Position numbers and translations under genes: made by a program. The notes under the pieces were generated by a model that was given only the letters and a program-made list of their open reading frames with translations, was not told the origin of the DNA and did not search any database. A stretch of DNA of 32,000 bases. It comes from Synechocystis sp. PCC 6803 substr. PCC-P. GTDB taxonomy: Bacteria; Cyanobacteriota; Cyanobacteriia; Cyanobacteriales; Microcystaceae. Shown here in pieces: positions 1 through 7,976 of the stretch; the stretch's first letter is position 1; each line of letters opens with the position of its first letter. The stretch spans positions 540,001 to 572,000 of the forward strand of contig NC_017039.1 of assembly GCF_000284455.1 (NCBI RefSeq), read 5' to 3'.

Positions 1-87
1 CAATGATGCCGATTGTGGTGGATAGCCCGCGCTATTAATGGCCATGGTACTGGCATTTTCCGGTTTAATGCTGGCTGTATAACTAAG

Positions 88-95
88 GCGATCGC
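88..95. repeat. HIP1 octamer GCGATCGC (representative copy of a dispersed highly iterated palindrome)
   Basis: Exact GCGATCGC read at 88-95, 270-277, 770-777 and 3631-3638. My manual scan found roughly 30 copies across the window, both inside and between genes. This density is the known HIP1 signature of many cyanobacteria, including Synechocystis. Confidence 0.9.
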
Positions 96-112
96 CGTTT
101 GTAGGAGTTCAT

Positions 113-865
113 TTGGCTAATATCACCGTTCAAGGCAAAACTTTTACCCAGATCCAAGCCCTAATTTTCGATAAGGACGGCACTCTGGAAAATTCCAAGG
201 TGTATCTGGAAAAACTCACCGTGGCTAGGTTGGCCCTATTGGAACAGGGAATACCAGCCGCAAACTTTGGCGATCGCCTGGCTGGGGCCTTTGGTTTTGA
301 CCGGAGCAGTGCTCAGTTAGATCCAGGGGGACTAATGGCGGTGGGCAGTCGTCGGGATAATGTTATTGCCGCCGCTAGCTACATTGCCGAACAGGGCTAT
401 GGCTGGTTCCAGAGTTTGGACATTGCTAACCAATGTTTTGACCAGGCCGATCGCCAAATTATTGCCAATGCCCATACCTGTCCCATGTTCCCCGGAGTAG
501 TGGACAGCCTTACATTGTGGCAACAACAGGGGGTAAAAATTGCCATCCTTTCCGCCGCCCGCCAAAGGAGTGTGGAACGGTTCATTGCCGATCACCAATT
601 GCAAAGCCTAGTGGATGTGGCTAAGGGGTCGGACCAAGGACTCAGTAAACCTGATCCAGCTTTATACCTTTTAACCTGCCGGGAGTTGGGCGTGAAACCG
701 GAGCACACCTTGATGATTGGGGATGCCCAGGGGGATATCACCATGGCCAAAGGGGCCCATGCCCAAGGGGCGATCGCCATTCACTGGCCTGGTTATGCCC
801 AGGGAAACCTAGTGGGGACCGACGCCACCATCGCCGATTTACAGCAAATTCACTGCCAGCCCTAA
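113..865 (+). CDS. HAD-superfamily hydrolase (phosphatase-like)
   Basis: 250-aa ORF. HAD motif I is FDKDGTL, followed by SKPDP and GDAQGD motifs. The TTG start is preceded by AGGAG about 6 nt upstream. Confidence 0.8.
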   Translation: MANITVQGKTFTQIQALIFDKDGTLENSKVYLEKLTVARLALLEQGIPAANFGDRLAGAFGFDRSSAQLDPGGLMAVGSRRDNVIAAASYIAEQGYGWFQSLDIANQCFDQADRQIIANAHTCPMFPGVVDSLTLWQQQGVKIAILSAARQRSVERFIADHQLQSLVDVAKGSDQGLSKPDPALYLLTCRELGVKPEHTLMIGDAQGDITMAKGAHAQGAIAIHWPGYAQGNLVGTDATIADLQQIHCQP

Positions 866-964
866 ACACCCCCAACGGCCTAGCCCCAGCTTGAGCCGAA
901 ACAACAAACGTGGGAAGATAGCCCTTGCCCGTCGTCCTGGTTCTTAGTTTTTTGGTTAGTTCCT

Positions 965-2167
965 ATGCAGTGCCGTGTTTGTGATTCTACCCGTCTAGAT
1001 TTGGCGATCGATTTGGGGGAACAACCCTGGTGTAACCATTTTCTCACCCCGGCGGAAGTGGGCCAGGAACCCTATTATCCCCTGCGGGTTTTATACTGCC
1101 AGGACTGCGGCACCGTGCAGTTGGACTACACAGTTAAAAAAGAAATCATGTTTGGGGACCACACCTATTTGTCCGGTGTGACCAAATCCCTCAGTGATCA
1201 TTTTGCTCGGGTGGCCCAGGAAGTGGACGAACGCTTTTTTGCCAATACTCCCGGAAAATCCGTGCTGGACATTGGCTCCAACGATGGCACCCAACTAAAA
1301 CATTTCCAAGCCTTGGGTTACGACGTACTGGGGGTGGAATCCTCCAAAACCACTGCCAAAATTGCCAACGATGCGGGGGTGCCCACCCTGAATGATTTTT
1401 TCAATTTGGAAGTAGTCGAAAAGTTAGGGCGTAAATTTTCCGCCATTAATGCGGCGGGCGTCTTTTTCCATCTCGAAGAACTCCATTCCGTAACGGAAGG
1501 TATTCGGGAAGCGTTGGCAGAAGATGGGGTATTTGTGGTGCAGTTTCTTTACATGAAACGCATTGTGGAAAACCTGGCTTTCGACCAAATTTACCACGAG
1601 CATTTACTGTACTATAATCTCCAAACCATCGAAGTGTTGCTCAATCGCCATGGACTGTCCATGTTTGATGCCTACTTAGCTCCTATCCACGGTGGTTCCA
1701 TTGTCGGTTTTGTCACCCATCAAGGCAAACGGCAACCCACAGAACGGCTCCAGGCCATGCGCCAGTCGGAAATAGATGAAAAAAGTAATGATTACCAAAC
1801 CTACCTTGATTTTGCCCAACGCATTGAAACGATGAAGGCAGAAAACCTGGCCTATTTAGACGAAGCTAAGCAAGCTGGTAAAACCGTTTGGGGCTTTGGC
1901 GCTCCGGTGAAGGGTAATACCTTGCTCAATTACTTTGGCATTGGTACCCAATATTTAGACTATTTGGTGGAAAAAAATGAGCTACGGCGGGGCTTGGTTT
2001 CTCCTGGTATGCACATTCCGCTTTTAATTGAAAAAGAGCTAACCACTTTGCCCGATATTTATTACGTTTTAGCGTGGAACTTTAAGCGGGAAATTTTGGC
2101 TAATAATCAGCATTTAATTGACCAGGGGGTGGAATTTTTCTTCCCCGTTAATCCCCCCGATGCCTAG
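965..2167 (+). CDS. SAM-dependent C-methyltransferase (NDP-hexose C-methyltransferase-like, with N-terminal Zn-ribbon)
   Basis: 400-aa ORF. The N-terminus has a 4-Cys pattern (CRVC...CQDCG). A SAM-binding motif LDIGSNDG follows. The length and C-terminal region fit the TylCIII-type C-methyltransferase architecture as I remember it. Confidence 0.75.
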   Translation: MQCRVCDSTRLDLAIDLGEQPWCNHFLTPAEVGQEPYYPLRVLYCQDCGTVQLDYTVKKEIMFGDHTYLSGVTKSLSDHFARVAQEVDERFFANTPGKSVLDIGSNDGTQLKHFQALGYDVLGVESSKTTAKIANDAGVPTLNDFFNLEVVEKLGRKFSAINAAGVFFHLEELHSVTEGIREALAEDGVFVVQFLYMKRIVENLAFDQIYHEHLLYYNLQTIEVLLNRHGLSMFDAYLAPIHGGSIVGFVTHQGKRQPTERLQAMRQSEIDEKSNDYQTYLDFAQRIETMKAENLAYLDEAKQAGKTVWGFGAPVKGNTLLNYFGIGTQYLDYLVEKNELRRGLVSPGMHIPLLIEKELTTLPDIYYVLAWNFKREILANNQHLIDQGVEFFFPVNPPDA

Positions 2168-2206
2168 GGCCATATCGATCATGAATTCAATACACTTGAT
2201 TACTCT

Positions 2207-2698
2207 CTAGGTGTTTTTAGGCTCGTTTTTGATACCTAGTTTTTCCAAATTAATATTTAGGCATTCTGCAATTTGCTCATGACTTAATCCAAAAGTGAGA
2301 AGTTTTTCAATAAGTCTCGTCAAAAACTGATCATTTTGGCAACTTTTGTCTGATCTTTTATCTAAACCTACGTAAAAACTAACTTGGTCTATTGAACCAA
2401 CCGTATTATCGTTTCCAGAAATGCTTACGTTGTTGGCGAATTTGTGACGAAGTAAGCTAGACCTAATATTTGATTTGTTAATCTCTTCTCCAAAAATTTC
2501 TGAGAATAATTTCCACAATTCGTAACCAATGTCCTTAATATATCCTTCTGTACAGTTTAAATCTCTCGCTATATCTGCATATTTTTTTCTTTGTAAAACC
2601 CCTTCAATGACCCCAAACTCAATATCATCCAGGTGTCTACCTGTTTTTTGAAACACCATATCGTCAGCGAAAAGCAAGCACTCCCCTAAATCCATCAT
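2207..2698 (-). CDS. Stand-alone HTH-type putative regulator (N-terminal module resembling that of cyanobacterial STAND / vWA-MoxR-associated proteins, plus a second C-terminal HTH-like segment)
   Basis: 163-aa ORF in an AT-rich islet. It contains the segments KYADIARDLNCTEGYIKDIGYELWKLFSEIFGEEINKSNIRSSL and LSHEQIAECLNINLEKL. The family assignment is from memory only. Confidence 0.55.
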   Translation of the reverse strand: MMDLGECLLFADDMVFQKTGRHLDDIEFGVIEGVLQRKKYADIARDLNCTEGYIKDIGYELWKLFSEIFGEEINKSNIRSSLLRHKFANNVSISGNDNTVGSIDQVSFYVGLDKRSDKSCQNDQFLTRLIEKLLTFGLSHEQIAECLNINLEKLGIKNEPKNT

Positions 2699-2747
2699 AT
2701 CCGTTAATTTAAGTTTGGTTTAGGTTGTCGCACAAAATAGTATACGT

Positions 2748-2841
2748 CTAAATTCGACTTTATTCGACTTTTTCTAAATTTGATGACAATTCAAAATAGT
2801 TAAAGTATACAAACTGACTAAATCCGACCTAGTTCGACTTT
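2748..2841. promoter_or_regulatory. Divergent promoter region with two 24-bp imperfect direct repeats (candidate operators)
   Basis: CTAAATTCGACTTTATTCGACTTT (2748-2771) and CTAAATCCGACCTAGTTCGACTTT (2818-2841) share 20 of 24 positions. The first contains a perfect tandem 10-mer, ATTCGACTTT x2 (2752-2771). They lie between the divergent genes ending at 2698 (start of the minus-strand gene) and starting at 2905. Confidence 0.4.
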
Positions 2842-2904
2842 ACGAACAATTTAGATTTGTAGTAAGGTGACAACGTCAGTAAAAAAACTCTATCGGTTTA
2901 AATT

Positions 2905-3444
2905 ATGTTAAGCTTAGAAAAAGGTCAGTCTCTTTCCCTTACTAAACCAGATGGGTCTAGTATTCAGAAAGTTCGTGTAGGGCTGTCATGGGATGTCGCT
3001 AGCATAGGCTCTAATGTTGACTTAGACCTTTTTGTCGTACATAAAGAATCTAAAAAAGTTGCCTTTTTTAATGACAAAACCGCAATTTCTGGTATCAAGT
3101 TAAGTGATGATAATTTGACTGGCGAGGGAGAAGGAGATGATGAGTTTACAGAACTAGATGCAACAAAGACTGATGATGGAGATTATTATATTTGTGTCAA
3201 TATTTACGACGCAAAATCAAGAAAACAGGCTTTTAACCTTGTAAATAATGCAAAAGCAACAATTTATAATAACGAGACTAACACAGCCCTTGCTAGCTAT
3301 TCTATTACTGAAGACGGAGGTCAAAACACAGGCATTATTGTCGCCAAATTAAAAGATGTAGGCGGTAGCTATGAATTCACTGCACTCGGGGAGTATATTG
3401 TTGGCGACATTAACGAAATTGCCCAGGTAGTTTTTAGAAAATAA
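2905..3444 (+). CDS. TerD-domain stress protein (single-domain, orphan)
   Basis: 179-aa ORF. It opens with LSLEKGQSLSLTK...VRVGLSWDV, then DLDLFVV, then the acidic motif DDNLTGEGEGDDEF typical of TerD Ca-binding sites. Confidence 0.8.
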   Translation: MLSLEKGQSLSLTKPDGSSIQKVRVGLSWDVASIGSNVDLDLFVVHKESKKVAFFNDKTAISGIKLSDDNLTGEGEGDDEFTELDATKTDDGDYYICVNIYDAKSRKQAFNLVNNAKATIYNNETNTALASYSITEDGGQNTGIIVAKLKDVGGSYEFTALGEYIVGDINEIAQVVFRK

Positions 3445-3494
3445 CCTGATAATCGTAGGAAATTCTCCTTGTAATTGTGTTTAGATTTTTTGTG

Positions 3495-3528
3495 GAATGG
3501 GAAGAAATTTTTCTTCCCATTCATTTTT
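3495..3528 (+). terminator. Rho-independent terminator downstream of the TerD gene
   Basis: Perfect 12-bp stem, GAATGGGAAGAA (3495-3506) pairing with TTCTTCCCATTC (3511-3522). The loop is ATTT and the stem is followed by ATTTTT. Confidence 0.7.
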
Positions 3529-3569
3529 CAAATATTTAAGGTCTGTTTCATTGTGAATGATTATGATGC

Positions 3570-4973
3570 CTAATGGCTAAAGTGGGAACCTTCCTGCTTC
3601 GGTTTGTGGTCCGGTTGGCTGGCAAAATAGGCGATCGCCCTTTCCATGTCCGCTAACAAAAGGTCCGCCATATCCCGACTAAAACCCTCTTTCACGACAA
3701 TGCGTTGCACCACCAAATCTTCACGGTTTTTGGGCATGCGATAGGCGGGCACCAACCAGCCCCGTTCCCGCAATTTGTCGGCCATGTCGTACAGGGTATA
3801 ACAAGTGTTGGCCAATACTTCGTCCTTTAATCTCCAGGCAAAAACCGGGATATCCCCACCGTCGGTGAGCAATTCAAAAGGGCCTAATTGGGCAATTTTG
3901 CCAGATAGATACAGAGCCGTATCTCGACAAGTCTGTTGGATTTTGCGGTAACCTTCTTTGCCTAAGCGGAGAAAGTTATAATACTGGGCCACTACCTGAT
4001 TGCCGGGGCGGGAAAAGTTGAGGGCAAAGTTGGGTAAATCTCCCCCCAAATAGTTGCAATGGAAAATTAATTCTTCCGGTAATTCTTCCTTATCCCGCCA
4101 AATGATCCAACCTACCCCCGGATAAACTAAACCGTATTTGTGGCCAGAGGTGTTGATGGATTTCACCCAAGGTAAACGAAAATCCCAACGCAAATCTGGA
4201 TCTAAAAAGGGAGCAATAAAACCACCGCTGGCGGCATCTATGTGCAGAGGCACCTGCCAACCAGTTCTTTGATTTAAAGTTTCCAGGGCATCGTTCAACG
4301 CTTCAATGGGTTCATAACTGCCGTCAAAGGTGCTACCTAAAATACCAATTACACCGATGGTATTTTCGTCAATTAGCTTAACTGCTTCTTCCGGGCTGAT
4401 GTGGTACCGATCGCCTTCCATGGGGACAAAGCGGGGTTCCACTTCCCAGTAACGACAAAACTTTTCCCAACAAACCTGGACGTTAATGCCCATAACCAAA
4501 TTCGGGCGATCGCCTGGTTTCCCTGCCGCTTGTCGTCGTTGCCGCCATTTCCACTTCATGGCCATCCCCCCCAACATGGCCGCTTCACTAGAACCAATGG
4601 TGGAACAGCCGGTGGCTTCCGCACTGGCCGGAGCATTCCAGAGTCGGGACAAAATATTGACGCAACGCAACTCAATTTCCGCCGTTTGGGGATATTCATC
4701 CTTATCGATCATGTTTTTGTCGAAGGTATCCGCCATCAGTTGCCTAGCTTCCGGCTCCATCCAAGTGGTGACAAAGGTGGCCAGGTTTAATCGGGAATTG
4801 CCATCTAGCCCCAGTTCATCGTGGATGAGGTTATAGGCGATCGCCGGTAGCATTTCCGTTTCTGGCATTTCATATTTACTGACAGAATTGGCTAGGCCCC
4901 GGGCCGCATAGGTGGGGGTCAGTAGGCTTTCCGCTTCACTGAGCTGGTTGAGGTCAATTTTTTTATGCACCAT
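3570..4973 (-). CDS. gad: Glutamate decarboxylase (PLP-dependent)
   Basis: 467-aa ORF. It has the GAD-type PLP-lysine motif SINTSGHKYGLVYPGVGW. Overall similarity to bacterial and plant GAD is by recollection. Confidence 0.9.
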   Translation of the reverse strand: MVHKKIDLNQLSEAESLLTPTYAARGLANSVSKYEMPETEMLPAIAYNLIHDELGLDGNSRLNLATFVTTWMEPEARQLMADTFDKNMIDKDEYPQTAEIELRCVNILSRLWNAPASAEATGCSTIGSSEAAMLGGMAMKWKWRQRRQAAGKPGDRPNLVMGINVQVCWEKFCRYWEVEPRFVPMEGDRYHISPEEAVKLIDENTIGVIGILGSTFDGSYEPIEALNDALETLNQRTGWQVPLHIDAASGGFIAPFLDPDLRWDFRLPWVKSINTSGHKYGLVYPGVGWIIWRDKEELPEELIFHCNYLGGDLPNFALNFSRPGNQVVAQYYNFLRLGKEGYRKIQQTCRDTALYLSGKIAQLGPFELLTDGGDIPVFAWRLKDEVLANTCYTLYDMADKLRERGWLVPAYRMPKNREDLVVQRIVVKEGFSRDMADLLLADMERAIAYFASQPDHKPKQEGSHFSH

Positions 4974-5130
4974 AATGATTATTACAATTTTGCCAATGGA
5001 GATTAACTTTCCCTTCAGGGTAACGGCTGACTGACTTTTGATACGGAAATTTTGTTAGGGAGGAGAAAATCAAAAAATGCGATGTAGTATAAAAAAATCT
5101 TACTCGTATGAAATGATCTTAGTACACTAA

Positions 5131-5355
5131 ATGAATAGCTTACTGTCTCGCATTACCCAAACCCCCGGTCAGTGTGGTGGTCGTCCTTGTATTCGAGGGA
5201 TGAGGATTCGAGTGAGCGACATCCTAGAAATGTTAGCTGAGAATGTTAGCACCTCTGAGATTTTAGAGGACTTTCCAGACCTAGAAATGGCCGATATTCA
5301 GGCTTGTCTAGTGTTTGCTGCACGGCGGACTGATTTTTCCCGGTTGACGGCATGA
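5131..5355 (+). CDS. DUF433-family small protein (antitoxin-like)
   Basis: 74-aa ORF with the DUF433-type core GGRPCIRGMRIRVSDILEML...ILEDFPDL. Its stop overlaps the next start in an ATGA (5352-5355). Confidence 0.75.
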   Translation: MNSLLSRITQTPGQCGGRPCIRGMRIRVSDILEMLAENVSTSEILEDFPDLEMADIQACLVFAARRTDFSRLTA

Positions 5356-5690
5356 ATATTTGGGTTGATGCTCAACTACCTCCAACATTGGCAGATTGGC
5401 TGTCGAGTAATTTTGATTTAGAGGCGTCAGCTTTGAGGGATCTGGGATTACGGGATGCAAGAGACATTGAAATTTTTGATGCCGCACGAGTTGCCAACTC
5501 TGTAATCATGACAAAAGACAGCGACTTCGTTGATCTTGTATGTCGATTAGGAATACCACCTCAAATCATTTGGCTAACTTGCGGTAACGTTACGAATCGA
5601 AACTTACGTCGAATTCTCTCAAGTACTTTGCCACAGGCTCTGGAAAAACTGCAAGCAGGCGAAATTATCATAGAAATCAGCAACTCCTGA
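5352..5690 (+). CDS. DUF5615 / PIN-like (Mut7-C-like) putative toxin
   Basis: 112-aa ORF starting MNIWVDAQLPP, with acidic residues (DARD, KDSDF) as in DUF5615 partners of DUF433. Translationally coupled to the upstream gene. Confidence 0.65.
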   Translation: MNIWVDAQLPPTLADWLSSNFDLEASALRDLGLRDARDIEIFDAARVANSVIMTKDSDFVDLVCRLGIPPQIIWLTCGNVTNRNLRRILSSTLPQALEKLQAGEIIIEISNS

Positions 5691-5692
5691 CA

Positions 5693-6658
5693 TCAGGTTA
5701 ACTCGCTGGCCAAAGACCCATACAGATTTGATTGGCGATCAACTAAGTAATTAGTTTGTTCTGGATGGAGGGAACCATAATCTGCGGAGACACAATCGGC
5801 AATGAGCAAAGTTTCTTCATTACGGGGATAGAGCAAAAGATCACCATGGGGCCCGGCAATGGCACTGTTGCCTAAATATTCCCCCACCAATACCGTTTTC
5901 CCCTGGGCATTGAGCCTGGTTTCAGCGCCAGCCCGATTGCAGTAGGCAACAAAAATATGATTTTCCAAAGCCCGCACGGGAATAACGTTGTGGGACACAT
6001 CAGGGTAGGGAATTTTTGTCCTTTCCCCAGTGGATAACAAGGTCCAAATATCCGCCGCCGTGGGAATAACCACTAATTTTGCCCCCCGCAGGGCTAGGAT
6101 ACGGGTCAATTCGGCAAATTCCGCTTCATAACAGTTCAATAAACCGATGGGAAAACCGTTAACTTTATGGACCGTAAAGGCTTTACCTTCTTCCTTATGG
6201 CGATGGCCGCGGGAGTAAATTTTGCTTTCGTCGGGGCCCCAAAGATGGGTTTTGCGATAGGTTTTGACCAATTTTCCTTGGTCATCAAACAGATTAATGC
6301 TGTCGTAGTAGTGGATTTCCCCGTTAATGGCCGCCTTTTCTGGGTAGGGACAAATGATGGCCATCTGATATTTGTGCGCTAGTTGCCCCACCTGGGTCAT
6401 CACTTCCCCGTCCCTGGCGATCGCCAATTGATGGACTTCTTGGGGAGAAAGGGCATAACCAGTTAGATAAAGTTCGGCAAAGCTAATTAGCTGGGCTTCA
6501 AAACGTTGGGCTCCCTGGAGGGCTTCTTCCATTTTTGCCAAGTAATAGGCGATCGCCTCAGTATTACCAATGGGCCCGCCTTGGTTTTGGTAAATGGCTA
6601 ATCTTACCCCCGTGCCCGGAGCAGGTGGTTGGGGCTGAAGACGGGTTAGATAAATCAT
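5693..6658 (-). CDS. Carbon-nitrogen hydrolase (nitrilase superfamily)
   Basis: 321-aa ORF. The Glu-Lys-Cys triad contexts are present: FAELYLTGY, YRKTHLWG and GLLNCYEAEF. The start ATG (6658-6656) overlaps the ureD stop TGA (6657-6655). Confidence 0.8.
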   Translation of the reverse strand: MIYLTRLQPQPPAPGTGVRLAIYQNQGGPIGNTEAIAYYLAKMEEALQGAQRFEAQLISFAELYLTGYALSPQEVHQLAIARDGEVMTQVGQLAHKYQMAIICPYPEKAAINGEIHYYDSINLFDDQGKLVKTYRKTHLWGPDESKIYSRGHRHKEEGKAFTVHKVNGFPIGLLNCYEAEFAELTRILALRGAKLVVIPTAADIWTLLSTGERTKIPYPDVSHNVIPVRALENHIFVAYCNRAGAETRLNAQGKTVLVGEYLGNSAIAGPHGDLLLYPRNEETLLIADCVSADYGSLHPEQTNYLVDRQSNLYGSLASELT

Positions 6659-7494
6659 GGGCTAATTACCTGACTAAGTTGCGTAAAAATATCCTTAACT
6701 TCTTGGGTGGAGTTTCCCCGGTAGCGGGCAATTAGGCCTTGGGTCGCAGTTAAAGTTAGGCCAAACTGCGGCGATCGCCCTTGGCTGTGAATTATCTCCT
6801 GAGCTTGATGGACTAAATCCTGGTCAAAGGAACGACTCAAGTCCACATAGGTGCCCAAACAAGTGAAGCCCGCCAGGGCATTGGGAGATTCGTAAAGTTG
6901 TTCCGAACCAATTAGCTGTTGCCTTTCTCCCCAAATTAATTTATCCCCCTGCCAAATTTCCCAACTCGATCGCCAATGGCCTTGGGTAAATTTTTCTCCT
7001 CTGGCGGTGCGCCCCAAACGGACAATTTCCCAACCTTTGAAACGGGCCTGCTCCTGGAGCTTAATGCAGAAATTTTGTTGATAGCGGGCCTGGTCAAAAA
7101 TAATTGTTTCCTGGGGACACCAGAGTACCGAAGCTCCGACTCTCACCTCTAGGTTGACGGTCTGTTCACTCCAGGGCCCCAAACTACGATAAATCTTTCC
7201 CGCCGAAGCACTGGTGAAACACACATCACTCTGGGCTTCTAACACAATGTCATAGCCCAGGCGATCGCCCCCCACCATGCCGCCCCCAGTATGGAGCAAC
7301 ATGGTCTGACATTGGCCAGTGTCATCCGGATAAAAAGACCGTTGCACTTTCAAAGGAGCCTGCACCAAGCATTCAACCATGCGGGTACGGTGTCCTGGAC
7401 GGTCATAACGGAGCCAAAGATTGGCCTGCCAGGGGGCGGAAGGGTTAACAGTGGAAGCGCTTAGCAAAGAATTTGCACTCGGTAAATTGAGCAA
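6655..7494 (-). CDS. ureD: Urease accessory protein UreD
   Basis: 279-aa ORF with a UreD-like core (LLHTGGGMVGGDRL). The annotated start is a TTG, so the true start is uncertain. Confidence 0.8.
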   Translation of the reverse strand: MLNLPSANSLLSASTVNPSAPWQANLWLRYDRPGHRTRMVECLVQAPLKVQRSFYPDDTGQCQTMLLHTGGGMVGGDRLGYDIVLEAQSDVCFTSASAGKIYRSLGPWSEQTVNLEVRVGASVLWCPQETIIFDQARYQQNFCIKLQEQARFKGWEIVRLGRTARGEKFTQGHWRSSWEIWQGDKLIWGERQQLIGSEQLYESPNALAGFTCLGTYVDLSRSFDQDLVHQAQEIIHSQGRSPQFGLTLTATQGLIARYRGNSTQEVKDIFTQLSQVISP

Positions 7495-7526
7495 CGGACA
7501 ATAACTGTGATCTTGCTCAAGGATGC

Positions 7527-7976
7527 CTAGCTAGCTTGGGGCAACAGGTTCAAAAAGGAATCAAAATCCGCCAAGGCTTCCTGGTACTGGATTTTAGCTT
7601 GGGAACCATTACGGTCTTTGGCCGCCGCATCCAATCGTTCTAGGTGACCAAACACTTCTTTAGCCAGGGTTTTGGCTTTATCCTGATCCTTCGGTAACAA
7701 AGAACTGGCTAGCCCCAACATATCCCGGCGTAGTTGTCCTAAAGGCCCGTGGATATAGGTTTGGGTATCGACCCAATTTTGATCAGCAATCAGGCCCTGC
7801 AACCTTTTTTCCATGCCGTCCCGAGCCACGGCGATCGGATTGACGTAGACCTGCAACTGGGCAATTTTTTCTGGGCTATAGGTAGTGGGGATTTCCACCT
7901 GGGGGCTACTGCAACTAACGAGGACCGTAGTTACTAAGACCAGAATAAGGGAAAGTAACGAACGTAAACGAGACAT
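7527..7976 (-). CDS. psbQ: Photosystem II lipoprotein PsbQ (CyanoQ)
   Basis: 149-aa ORF. It has a signal peptide with lipobox LVSC. I recognise the sequence as Synechocystis PsbQ (sll1638) from memory. Confidence 0.85.
   Translation of the reverse strand: MSRLRSLLSLILVLVTTVLVSCSSPQVEIPTTYSPEKIAQLQVYVNPIAVARDGMEKRLQGLIADQNWVDTQTYIHGPLGQLRRDMLGLASSLLPKDQDKAKTLAKEVFGHLERLDAAAKDRNGSQAKIQYQEALADFDSFLNLLPQAS

Noticed and set aside
1-56. Possible partial gene at the left edge (minus-strand ATG at 56, or a + strand ORF ending at the TAA at 36-38)
   Set aside because: Fewer than 20 codons are visible in either reading, which is not enough to support a call.
332-604. Antisense or alternative-frame ORFs inside well-supported genes. 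Examples are 332-604, 1091-1294, 4401-4836, 6167-6382, 9300-9726, 16034-16590, 20065-20988, 24188-25610, 27125-28714, 29247-29507, 29558-30028 and 29910-30683.
   Set aside because: Each lies wholly within a longer ORF with clear family motifs on the other strand or in another frame. Their Pro/Gly/Arg-rich, low-complexity translations are typical shadow ORFs.
778-3630. Absence of HIP1 (GCGATCGC) as evidence that the TerD islet is foreign
   Set aside because: The HIP1-free gap also covers the normal-GC methyltransferase gene. Gaps of 2-3 kb occur elsewhere by my scan (about 8360-11290, 20900-23590 and 27560-29710). At about one copy per kb, a 1.4-kb gap is not significant. The composition shift is the real evidence.
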